Source: Chrysemys picta bellii
Taxonomy: Eukaryota
Direction of reading: 5' to 3'
Assembly (NCBI RefSeq): GCF_011386835.1
Contig: NC_088806.1
Location: forward strand, 1,054,001 to 1,118,000
DNA length: 64,000 nucleotides
In this document: piece after piece, positions 52,301 through 63,354 of the stretch
How positions within the stretch are numbered: the stretch's first letter is position 1
Layout: every line of letters begins with the position of its first letter
Translations under genes and position numbers: made by a program
Notes under the pieces: model-generated
What the model was told of the DNA's origin: nothing
Database searches by the model: none
Seen by the model: only the letters and a program-made list of their open reading frames with translations

Positions 52301-55300
52301 GTTTCCCCCCACAGATGCTGCGCTCCGTGTTCTGCTCGCTATGGGGCGTCCTGGGGGGGTTTTACTGCCTGGTTGTGTCTGCCACCGGCCTGGCCAAGGG
52401 GCCCCTCTGCCAGGATGCTGAGGGGACATGGGGGTCGCCCTTCCAGGACATCAGGTAAGGGGGCGGGGCCCTGCTCCATCCCATAATAATCTTGGTGGGG
52501 AGCCCCGGGAGCTGGGAGCCCCCCAGCCTGACACCCGAAAACTCTAGCCCCCCACAACCCCAACCCTGACCCGCCCAGCCCCCCAAATCCTGCCCCCCCC
52601 ACAACCCTGGCCCTCCTAACCAGGGCTGGCTTTAGGAAGTGCGGGGCCCAATTCAAACATTTTTGGCGGGGCCCCAAAAAAAACATGTACAAAAAAGCCT
52701 TTCATTTCTTCCATGTATTATTTACTTTCCATAACTGTATAAATAATAAAATTATATATTATGTACATTGCATCATATATGCTGTTGATCGGTTATTAAT
52801 GAGCTCCGTTTCACGTGTGTGGGTCCCCGCCACTCCCTGAGGGTGTGCTAGGGTGACCAGATGTCCTGATTTTATAGGGACAGCCCCGATTTTGGGGTCT
52901 TTTTCTTATATAGGATCCTATTACACCCCACCCCCTGTCCCGATTTTTCACACTTGCTGTCTGGTCACGCTAGTGGTGTGCACATGTGTGGGTCCCAGCT
53001 GCTCCCTGCCCCCCTCATTGAAGCAGGTGTGCAGGGTTACTGCCCTGGGAACTGCAGGGCACCAGTGGACATGGGGCTGGCTGGAGGCAGGGCAGGGGGT
53101 GCGGGGCTGGCTGGAGACAGGGGTGTGTGGGGTGGGCTGGCTGGCTTCAGGCAGGGCCGCAGGGGGGTGCGGCAGGGGTTGGCAGGGCTGGAGACAGAGG
53201 AGTGCGGGACTGGCTGGCTTCAGGCAGGGGGGAGCAGCAGGGATTGGCTGCAGGCAGGGCAGGGGGTGCAGGGCTGGTGTGGGCAGGGGGGTGCAGCAGA
53301 GGCAGCTGGATCCCCGGCCCTTTAAATAGCCCCCGGAGTCTCCCGCTATCCCAGGGCTCTGGGGGCTATTTAAAGGGCCCGGGGCTCCCCTGCTTCCACC
53401 GCCCCAGCCCTTTCAATAGCTGCGGGAGCCCTGGGGAAGCGGTGGGGCTCCAGCGGCTATTTAAAGGGCCGGGGCAGTAGAAGCAACGGGAGCCCCGGAC
53501 TTTTTAAATAGCCCCCAGAGCCCCGCAGCCCTACCCCAGGGCTCCAGCAGTGGGGGTCTGGTGGCAATTTAAAGGGCCTGGGTCTCGAGCCCATGCTGGG
53601 AGCCCCAGGCCCTTTAAATTGCCCCCTGGGGAAGCCGGGCCACCCCGGTACGGCGCACTGGCTCCTGCCGTCATGCTGTGCCGGGGCTTGGGCGCGGGGC
53701 CCTCTTAGGCACGAGGCCCGATTCAGGGGAATTGGTTGAATTGGCCTAAAGCCGGCCCTGCTCCTAACCTTCACCGGAATCCTCCCCCTTCCACAGCTCT
53801 CAGAAATCCTGCCTCCCCCCAGATCCAGGTCCCCCCCACCCCATGGACCCAGGTCTGCCCCTCCGCAATGCCCCAAAATTTCCCCTGGCAGTGCTGGGGG
53901 CGCACCCCCTCCCTCGCTCCCACCCCACCCCAAGGCCAACAGGAACCCCCTGGGGAAAACAAGGCAGGCGTGGGGAAGGGAGGTTCATAAAGATAGCACC
54001 CCAACTCCCACGCTCCCTGCCCCCTTCCCCCACCACTCCTGCCCCCAATTCTGATTCCACTCGCTGCCCCCCTCCCTGACCTCGGCCGCCCAGGATCACA
54101 CTCCCCCCCCGCTCTGCTCCCTGAGCCGCCTCACCCTGACTGTGTCCCCCCGCCCCACAGCGAGAACTACCTGGCGAACCGGACGCTGTGGGAGCTGTGC
54201 GTGACTCCGCCACGGGTGGTGCTGTGGCACGTGGTCCTGTTCTCCGTCACCCTGGGGCTGGGGGCCATGGAGCTGGCCCTGTGCACCCTGCAGGTGCTCA
54301 ACGGGCTACTGGGCACCGTGTGCGGGGACTGCCGCAAGCCAGCCGAACGCCAGGTGAGAGACGCCCGGGGGTTGGGGAATACCTGGCTGGGGCCCACGGG
54401 GAGCTGGGTAAATACCGGCTGGGGCATGCGGAGACCTAGGTAAAAACCCAGTTTACGGGGCGGCCGGGGAGCTGGGTAAATACCCGGTTTGGGGGGCGCC
54501 CGGGGAGCTGGATAACTACCCGGTTTGTGGTGCCCGGGGAGCTGGGTAACTACCCAGTTTGGGGCGCCCGGGGAGGTGGGTAACTACCCGGTTTGTGGCG
54601 CCCGGGGAGCTGGGTAAATACCCGGTTTGCGGGGCGCCTGGGGAGCTGGGTAACTACCCGGTTTGGGGGCACCCGGGGAGCTGGGTAAATACCCGGTTTG
54701 GGGGGTGCCCAGGGAGGTGGGTAACTACTCGGTTTGGGGGGTGCCCGGGGAGGTGGGTAACTACCCGGTTTGGGGGGCGCCCAGGGAGGTGGGTAACTAC
54801 TCGGTTTGGGGGGTGCCCGGGGAGGTGGGTAACTACCCGGTTTGGGGGGCGCCCCGGGAGCTGGGTAAGTACCCGGTTTGTGGCGCCCGGGGAGCTGGGT
54901 AAATACTCGGTTTGGGGGGTTCCGGGGTAACTACCCGGTTTGGGGGCACCCGGGGAGCTGGGTAAATACCCGGTTTGGGGGGCGCCCGGGGAGCTGGCTA
55001 AATACCTGGTTTGGAGCACCCGGGGAGCTGGCTAAATACCTGGTTTGGAGCGCCCGGGGAGCTGGGTAAATACCTGGTTTAGGGGGCGTCCGGGGAGCTG
55101 GGTAAGTACCCGGTTTGTGGCGCCCGGGGAGCTGGGTAAATACCCGGTTTGGGGGGCGCCCGGGGAGCTGGGTAAGTACCCGGTTTGTGGCGCCCGGGGA
55201 GCTGGGTAAATACTCGGTTGGGGGGGGGGGCCGGGGTAACTACCCGGTTTGGGGGGCGCCCAGGGAGCTGGGTAACTACCCGGTTTGGGGGGCGCCCGGG

Positions 55301-58278
55301 GAGCTGGGTAAATACCCGGTTTGGGGGGCACCCAGGGAGCTGGGTATATACCCGGTTTGGGGGCGCCCCGGGAGCTGGGTAAATACCCGGTTTGTGGCAC
55401 CTGGGGAGCTGGGTAAATACCCGGTTTGGGGGTGCCCAGGGAGCTGGGTAAATACCCGGTTTGTGGCACCCGGGGAGCTGGATAACTACCCAGTTTGGGG
55501 CGCCCGGGGAGGTGGGTAACTACCCGGTTTGTGGTGCCCGGGGAGCTGGGTAAATACCCGGTTTGCGGGGCGCCTGGGGAGCTGGGTAACTACCCGGTTT
55601 GGGGGCACCCGGGGAGCTGGGTAAATACCTGGCTTGCAGGATGGCCCGGGGAGCTGGGTAACTACCCGGTTTGGGGGGCGCCCGGGGAGCTGGGTAAATA
55701 CCTGGTTTGGGACTCCGGGGGAGCTGGGTAACTAACCGGTTTGGGGGACGCCCGGGGAGCTGGGTAAGTACCCGGTTTGGGGGGCGCCCAGACAGCTGGG
55801 TAAATACTCGGTTTGGGGCGCGCCCAGGGAACTGGGTAAATACCCAGTTTGGGGCGCTGGGGGAGCTGGGTAAATACCTGGCTTGGGGGGCACCCGGGTA
55901 GCTGAGTAACTACCCAGTTTGGGGGGTGCCCGGGGAGCTGGATAACTACCCAGTTTGGGGGGGTGCCCAGACAGCTGGGTAAATACCCGGTTTGGGTTGG
56001 CGCCCAGGGAGCTGGGTAAATACCTGGTTTGGGGGTGCCCGGGGAGCTGGGTAAATACCTGGTTTGGAGGGCACCCGGGGAGCTGCGTAAATACCCGGTT
56101 TGGGGGGTGCCCGGAGAGCTGGGTAAATACCCGGTTTGGGGGGCGCCTGGGGAGGTGGGTAACTACCCGGTTTGGGGGGCACCCGGGGAGCTGGGTAACT
56201 ACCTGGTTTGGGGAGCGCCCGGGGAGCTGGGTAACTACCTGGTTTTGGGGGGGCCGGGGTAACTACCCGGTTTGGGGGGCGCCCAGGGAGCTGGGTAACT
56301 ACCCGGTTTGGGGGGCGCCCGGGGAGCTGGGTAAATACCCAGTTTGGGGGGCGCCTGGGGAGCTGGGTAAATACCTGGTTTGTGGCACCCGGGGAACTGG
56401 GTAAATACTCGGTTTGGGGGGCGCCCGGGGAGCTGGGTAAATACCCGGTTTGGGGGGCGCCCAGGGAGCTGGGTAACTAACCGGTTTGCGGGGCACCCGC
56501 GGAGCTGGGTAACTAACCGGTTTGGGGGTGCCCAGGGAGCTGGGTAACTAACCGGTTTGCGGGGCACCTGCGGAGCTGGGTAACTAACCGGTTTGCGGGG
56601 CGCCCGCGGAGCTTGGTAACTACCCGGTTTGGGGGGCGCCCGCGGAGCTGGGTAACTACCCGGTTTGGGGGGCGCCCAGGGAGGTGGGTAACTACTCGGT
56701 TTGGGGGGTGCCCGGGGAGGTGGGTAACTACCCGGTTTGGGGGGTGCCCGGGGAGGTGGGTAACTACCCGGTTTGGGGGGGCGCCCAGGGAGGTGGGTAA
56801 CTACTCGGTTTGGGGGGTGCCCGGGGAGGTGGGTAACTACCCGGTTTGGGGGGCGCCCAGGCAGGTGGGTAACTACTCGGTTTGGGGGGTGCCCGGGGAG
56901 GTGGGTAAATACCTGGTTTGGGGGGCGCCCGGGGAGCTGGGTAAGTACCCGGTTTGTGGCGCCCGGGGAGCTGGGTAAATACTCGGTTTGGGGGGTTCCG
57001 GGGTAACTACCCGGTTTGGGGGCACCCGGGGAGCTGGGTAAATACCCGGTTTGGGGGGCACCCAGGGAGGTGGGTAACTACTCGGTTTGGGGGGTGCCCG
57101 GGGAGGTGGGTAACTACCCGGTTTGTGGCACCCGGGGAGGTGGGTAACTACTCGGTTTGGGGGGTGCCTGGGGAGATGGGTAACTACTCGGTTTGGGGGG
57201 TGCCTGGGGAGATGGGTAACTACTCGGTTTGGGGGGCACCCGGGGAGCTGGGTAACTAACCGGTTTGCGGGGCGCCCGCGGAGCTTGGTAACTACCCGGT
57301 TTGGGGGGCGCCCGCGGAGCTTGGTAACTACCCGGTTTGGGGGGCACCCGCGGAGCTGGGTAACTACCCGGTTTGGGGGGCGCCCAGGGAGGTGGGTAAC
57401 TACTCGGTTTGGGGGGTACCCGGGGAGGTGGGTAAATACCCGGTTTGGGGGGTGCCCAGGGAGGTGGGTAACTACTCGGTTTGGGGGGTGCCTGGGGAGG
57501 TGGGTAACTACCCGGTTTGGGGGGCGCCCGGGGAGGTGGGTAACTACTCGGTTTGGGGGGTGCCCGGGGAGGTGGGTAACTACCCGGTTTGGGGGGCGCC
57601 CAGGGAGTTGGGTAACTACTCGGTTTGGGGGGTGCCCGGGGAGGTGGGTAAATACCCGGTTTGGGGGGCACCCGGGGAGCTGGGTAAATACCCGGTTTGG
57701 GGGGCGCCCGGGGAGCTGGGTAAGTACCCGGTTTGTGGCGCCCGGGGAGCTGGGTAAGTACCCGGTTTGTGTCACCCGGGGAGCTGGGTAAATACTCGGT
57801 TTGGGGGGCGCCCGGGGAGCTGGGTAACTACCCAGCTGGGGCATGTGGGGAACTGGGTAAATACCTGGTGACTAACTTCCTGGATCTCTGGTTCCCCTCC
57901 CCCAGGGCGAAGGTCTCTGAGCTGCCAATGGACCCCGAAAACCCGGTTTCCGGGGGGCTCTGTCACTCGTTGTCACCCTCCCATCCATCTGTCCATTGCG
58001 GGGGCCTGTGGGATGCCTGGGCCCTTTATGGCGGGGGCTCAAGCCGGGCCCCCCAGACCGCGTTCTCATCCACCACTGCCCCCAGACCTCCCAGCTTGTA
58101 CCTAATTAAAGAGCCCCCCTGCTTCTGCCTGGCACGTGTGGGTTTCATTGGGAGCATGATTTGGGGTGGGGCAGTTGGGAGGAGGGGGGCTGCGGGTGGG
58201 GGTCCAGACTCTTAGGGGTCTGACCTCCCCCCCCAGGTCTTGGAGGAGGGGCTGATGCGGAGGTGGGAGCCATTCTAA
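49379..58278 (+). CDS. TM4SF5: Transmembrane 4 L six family member 5 (about 208 aa; last exon tentative)
   Basis: Exons 49379-49549 ([35 protein letters not shown]..), 52103-52183 ([27 protein letters not shown]), 52315-52454 (MLRSVFCS..) and 54161-54353 (..[29 protein letters not shown]) join in frame. Tentative terminal exon 58237-58278 ([13 protein letters not shown]). Confidence 0.93.
49680..50525. repeat. C/T-rich degenerate repeat (CATCTGTCC/CTGTCCCTC) in TM4SF5 intron 1
   Basis: Recurrent CATCTG and CTGTCC motifs; low-complexity ORFs. Confidence 0.85.
52600..53720. mobile_element. Putative non-autonomous DNA-transposon-derived segment with multiple internal inverted repeats in TM4SF5 intron 3
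   Basis: Repeated inverted pairs CCCTTTAAATAGCCCCC / GGGGGCTATTTAAAGGG at 53315-53620; AT-rich head at 52660-52800. Boundaries are approximate. Confidence 0.45.
52849..52972. mobile_element. 124-bp MITE with TAGGGTGACCAGA / TCTGGTCAC(G)CTA terminal inverted repeats (hAT-Blackjack/MER81-like)
   Basis: 13-bp TIRs with one mismatch; no clean TSD seen. Confidence 0.6.
54400..57860. repeat. 3.45-kb minisatellite, unit about 35 bp (CCCGGGGAGCTGGGTAAATACCCGGTTTGGGGGGCG), with an internal palindrome
   Basis: Roughly 95-100 units; most contain GGGTA-NN-TACCC or a close variant. Confidence 0.97.
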
Positions 58279-58684
58279 GGGGGGCAGAGCCCTATGGAAG
58301 GGGCTGGGGGCCCAGGAGAGGGGGCAGAGCTGGGGGGCTCAGTGAAGGGGGCTACTCCTCCCACTGGCCCTTGATGGGGTGCAACTCTGCCTCCCATGCC
58401 CCCCCCAGATTCCCTCTTGCCCCCCAAGCCAGGCAGTCCATGCCCTGGAGCCAGGTGGGAGCCCCCGCCTTCTAGAGGGGACAGGCCCCTGCCCTATTCC
58501 CCACCCCCCTGAGCCAGGCAGTCTGTCTGGCGGGGGGGGGTGAGGGAATTGGATGGGAGGGTTGGATCTCTAATTCCCACCCTCTGCCCCCCCTTAGCTG
58601 GGAGGGAGCGACATCCCCCCACCCCATAGCCAGGGTGGTGTCCGGCCATTAAGATGCCGGTCAGCTCAGGTCCAAAGTAAGTCG

Positions 58685-58690
58685 TTTATT
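58685..58690 (-). terminator. VMO1 polyadenylation signal AATAAA
   Basis: TTTATT on +, 24 nt beyond the stop codon at 58714. Confidence 0.8.
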
Positions 58691-58713
58691 GGGGGGGGTC
58701 ACACAGACAGGGG

Positions 58714-61128
58714 CTAGCGGGGGAGCAGCTGGGAGCAGGGTTCATGGGGGGGCGGGGAGTGGGAGTAGCAGGGATTGGGGGGCAGGGGGCAGTGGGGCGT
58801 GGTCAGCGCCCACCGGACGACCTGGTTTGGGGGTTCTGCGGTGAGGTGCGAGGGGTCCGGGGGGGTGTGCGGGGTGTCTGCGGTGGGGTGGTGGGGGTCT
58901 GGGTTGTGGTTGGGGTCTGGGTTGTGGTGATGGGGGGCTTGGTTGAGGTGGGGGTCTGGGTTGTGGAGGTAGGGGGCTGCGTTGAGGTGATGGGCTCGGT
59001 TGACGTGGGGGTCTGGGTTGAGGTGGGGGTCTGGGTTGTGGAGGTAGGGGGCTGCGCTGAGGTGATGGGGGGCTCGGTTGACGTGGGGGTCTGGGTTGAG
59101 GTGATGGGGGGCTCGGTTGAGGTGGGGGTCTGGGTTGTGGAGGTGGGGGGCTGTGTTGAGGTGGGGGTCTGGGTTGTGGAGGTAGGGGGCTGCGTTGTGA
59201 TGGGGGGCTGGGTTGAGGTGGGGGGCTGGGTTGTGGAGGTAGGGGGCTGCGTTGAGGTGATGGGGGGCTCGGTTGATGTGGGGGGCTGGGTTGAGGTGAT
59301 GGGGGGCTCGGTTGATGTGGGGGTCTGGGTTGTGGAGGTGGGGGGCTGCGTTGAGGTGATGGGGGGCTCGGTTGAGGTGGGGGACTGGGTTGTGGAGGTG
59401 GGGGGCTGCGTTGAGGTGGGGGACTGGGTTGTGGAGGTGGGGGGCTGCGTTGAGGTGATGGGGGGCTCGGTTGAGGTGGGGGTCTGGGTTGTGGAGGTGG
59501 GGGGCTGCGTTGAGGTGGGGGGACTGGGTTGTGGAGGTAGGGGGCACGGCTGTGGTGGTGGTCAGGGTTTCAGGCCTGCAGCATCTGAAGTAGACATCGT
59601 TCAGGGCCGTGTCATCCCCTTTGCCCTGGGGGGCCTCCACTTTGGTGGCGATGGTGCAGATGCCCCGCGGGCCGCAGGAGCAGCTCTGGGGGCCCCAGTT
59701 GCCCCGGCGCAGCCCGTCCCCCCTCAGCTCCGCCCCGCCCGTGCAGACGAACTCGATGTTGTTGGCGGCCGTGTCGTCCTTGAGGCCCCGGCAGGGCTCC
59801 ACCCGCAGCCGGAACTGGGTCAGCCGCTGCCCCGAGGGGCATTTCTTCACTAGACCCCACGAGCCCCACCTGGGAGGAGAGAACGGGTCAGCTGGGTACG
59901 GCCCACAGGGGGTGCTGCCTTCCCCCCAACCTCTGCCACCCTGGGCTGGGAGCTGCTGCCCTAGTGTCCCACCGCTACCACCACCACGATCCCACTTCTG
60001 ACACCACTAACCCACTGTCAATACCACGATCCCACCCCTGCCCCCCACTAACCCACTGCCAATACCACGATCCCACCACTAACACCAGTAACCCGCTGTC
60101 AATACTATGATCCCACCCCTGCCCTCCAACCAGCTGTCAATACCACGATCCCACTTTTACCACCACTAACCCACTGCTGTCACTGACGTCCCGCCATCGA
60201 TGCCACCCTCCCATCTCCGCCACCACTAACCCACTGTCAATACCATGATCCCACCCCTGCCCCCACTAACCCACTGCCAATACCGCGATCCCATCTTCGC
60301 CACCACTAACCCACTGCCAATACCACGATCCCACCACTGCCACCACTAACCCACTGCTGACACTGACGTCCCACCATTGATGCCACCCTCCCATCTCTGC
60401 CACCGACCCCAGCTCTCTTGGTGACACCCCTTTTCCACTTGTGCGCATGGAGCCTGGTGCCCCCTCTGCCAGGTGCCCGCACCCTCCGTTGGGCCCCTCC
60501 CCACAGTACTCACGGCCCCACGTTGGACTGGATGGTGCTGCCGTCAGAGCAGAGCAGCCGGATCCCGTTCAGCGCCGTGTCATCCCCGGCGAGCTGGGGC
60601 AGCTCCACCTGCAACGGGGTATTGGGGGGGAACAAGCCTGGGCATTAGAGACTGGTCCCCCATCACTTCAGTGCAAGGAGATGGGGGCCAGAGGGGTGTG
60701 GGGAGGGGGAAATTGAGCAGAGGGGCTCAGGACTGTGGGGTTGGGGAGGAGGGCAGGGGCAGGGGGAGCTGGGCTGGGGAAGGGGGAAGGGATGTGGGAG
60801 GGTGAAGGGTGCAGGGAGTGGGGCAGGGATGTGGGAGGGTGAAGGGGGCAGGGAGTGGGGCAGGGGGGAGCTGAGCTGGGGAAGGGGGCAGGGGATGGGG
60901 GGAGGGTGAAGGGGGCAGGGAGTGGGGCAGGGGGGAGCCGGGCTGCCGAGTGTGAATCTTTACCTTCAGGGAGAACCCAATGGCGAAGCTGTTGCCGGGG
61001 CAGGACTGTTCTGCGCCCCACGTGCCCCATATCCCCCCGTTGCTAACGTGGATCTTGGTGTGGCCCCATGCGCCCCACAGGCAGCAGCCGAGCAGAAGGC
61101 CGAGCGTGGCGTGCAGGGAGCTGTCCAT
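58714..61128 (-). CDS. VMO1: Vitelline membrane outer layer protein 1 homolog with a long repetitive C-terminal extension (471 aa as assembled)
   Basis: Exons 61128-60964 (signal peptide plus IHVSNGGIWGTWG..CP..FAIGFSLK), 60608-60514 (VELPQLAGDDTALNGIRLLCSDGSTIQSNVG) and 59869-58714 (WGSWG..CPSG..FRLRVEP..DDTAANNIEFVC..WG..C..GIC.I.TKVE.PQG.GDDTALNDVYFRCC plus a 287-aa tail). The three DDTA.N repeats are diagnostic of the VMO1 beta-prism. TATAAAA on the minus strand at 61199-61193. Confidence 0.93.
58880..59545 (-). repeat. Coding tandem repeat in VMO1 exon 3 (units of 18, 21 and 39 nt)
   Basis: A single reading frame is held across about 640 nt of repeat, with only substitutions and codon-sized indels. 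Confidence 0.9.
59960..60410. repeat. Degenerate repeat in VMO1 intron 2 (CCACTAACCCACTG.CAATACCACGATCCCAC)
   Basis: About 10 imperfect units. Confidence 0.8.
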
Positions 61129-62830
61129 GGCTGGGTAGGCGAGCGGAGGAAGCCAGCAGCAGATGTGCAGCTCCTGGCACGGGGCAGGGGTGTTTTATAC
61201 CCGGGGGTGTGGGCTGGGCTGGGTTCCAGCCTGTGTGGGCAGTGCAAAGGGGTCGGTCTCGCCTTCTCTCGGCATGGGGTCAGGGCTATAATTAGGTTAA
61301 TCCTGCCCAGACTATCCCGGGGCGCATGATGCAAGGTTCCTACGCCACCCACCTAGGGTTCTGCTGCCTCATCGGCCCAAAACTCCCAGAGCAAACACGT
61401 AATGTGACAACACCTCTGGCCTCACGCCAAACGATTCAACCATGCCCGCTGACACCGGGTGCCTTTATGGGGCCAGCATCCCACTGTTACCACTTTGGAC
61501 GTGGTATCCCACCGCTAACACCACTATGCTGTTACGGTGCCAGGATCCCACTGTTAACACTTCCGTGGGAAATAAGGCGTGGAAACGAGGGAGAGGCCGG
61601 GTCCCCGGTTCAGAGCGATGTGGATCACAACCCAGTACTGTGGTTTGAATGCGGCTAAATGCCACCGTACACAACACGGAACGAGGCGCGTCAGCCGTAC
61701 ACGGGCCGGGGAGTCTCTCCTGGGGAGCAGCAACTCTGAAGCAGATTTGGGGGGCGGGGAGGGTAATCAGCGGAACGTGAGCTCCCGGGGCGACGCTGTG
61801 ACCAGAAGGGCGAATGCCATCCCGGGCTGCGTAAGCGGGAATCTCGCGTAGGGGCAGAGAGGCGATTTCACTGCTGGATCGGGCCCAGACGCTGCCCACA
61901 GTTCCGGCCGGAGGGTGATTCCATCGCAGAGGGGTCAGAGAGGAGCCAGGAGAAGGATTAAAAACCCTGCCTGCGAGTGAGAGACTCCAGGAGCTCAGTT
62001 AGCGTAACGAAGAGGCGGCGAAGGGGTGACGGATCCCGGGCTGTAAGTACCGACGCGGGGAGCGAATGTTTCACTAGCAGAGGCAGGTCTAACCCGGTCG
62101 AGGGCCGGGAGTTGGAACCAGACGAATTCGGACTGGAAACAAGATGGAAAACGTCTAACAGTGAGGGGGGCTTGTCCCCATGGGCCCGTCTGAGCTGGGG
62201 AAGGGCGGTGAGGCCAGGCAGCGTAGATTCGCCACGGGGTTAAGGCAGCTAGTGGCGGCTGGGATGAACCAGGCTGGAGTCGGACTTTCCTGGCAGAAGC
62301 AATGACGCTTGTTTTCTGTGGCCTCCAGGAGGCCTGTCTCGGTTTGGCTCCATGTGGTCGTGGCCGGGGCACCAGCAGGGCTTCAAAGCCCATCTGCTCA
62401 CGTCCAGGCCTGCAGCCCCTACCGCTCATTATGAGTTAATTGTCTGTGTACCTCTGGGGTCATTTCCAGAGCCAGGCAGCCGACGGGGTGACCTCCATCG
62501 ATGTCTCCCTCCCAGGGGGGGTCTTCACTCCCATGCACCCGCTGGGTGGTAATGCATAATAAATTGGGGAAACTGAGTCACACGGCTAGTTCACTTGGAA
62601 ATTTCTGCAATCCCTGCGTTCTCTACGCCTAACATCTTATCTCCCCTTTTGGATGGCAGCTGCCCCACCTTCCCGTTTCTCAGAAACACCCAGTCCACCC
62701 AGATATCCGTGTCATTCCTTATAATTATAGGCCTGTTTGTCTGAAACAGATCCAGGGCGAGATAATGGAGCGGCTGATATGGGGACTGAATTAATAAACA
62801 ATTAAGAGGGCGTAATGCAATGAATTCCAC

Positions 62831-63354
62831 TGTCACGTTATTGACATGAACTGGGACCATATAGATCATTGTTGCAACCAAGGTCCTGGAGTGGCACCAA
62901 ATCTTGTATAAAGGGGGTCAAATAAGGTGTTTAAGACCAGGCTATGGGTTGCTGGTTATGATTATGCTGGCTGGGTGCATGGATCATTTTTGTAGTTGAA
63001 GTTATGAATATTGTATTTCTATCTGTGTTTACCGCTTGTGCTCTGCTTCTGGGAGACACCCCAGACAAGCTGGTGTCAGCTCTGCCTAGCCTGCTTGATG
63101 GCCCATTAAGGCCCATCAGCTACACAACTGCCCCATTGAGAGAAGGCAGATACACCTTGTGACTCAGCAAAGTATGCAGGGACTGGCCCATGTGACTCCA
63201 GACTCCATTTTGCTGTAGTTTTCCACAGTAAGGACAAAGAGGTGTTCTCACACCTGGAGGAGACTATAAAAGGCAGCTTCAGCTCCTCCATGCTGTCATC
63301 AGTCCTGCTTCTCACCTCTGGAGGGACTTTGCTACAAACGGAAGCTCTGAACAA
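62831..63354 (+). mobile_element. 5' part of an LTR, interrupted by CR1
   Basis: Begins TGTCACGTTATTGACATG..TGTTGCAACCA; 63180-63354 aligns by eye with 11465-11640, and similarity stops abruptly at ..GAAGCTCTGAACAA. Confidence 0.65.

Noticed and set aside
54400-57860. CRISPR-like appearance (about 35-bp palindromic repeats)
   Set aside because: No unique spacers, no cas genes, vertebrate intronic context; it is a tandem minisatellite. Its ORFs switch frame constantly, so it is not coding.
58744-59853. 369-aa Val/Gly/Glu-rich ORF on + over the VMO1 tail
   Set aside because: Antisense mirror of the frame-preserving VMO1 repeat, with no independent promoter or splice evidence.
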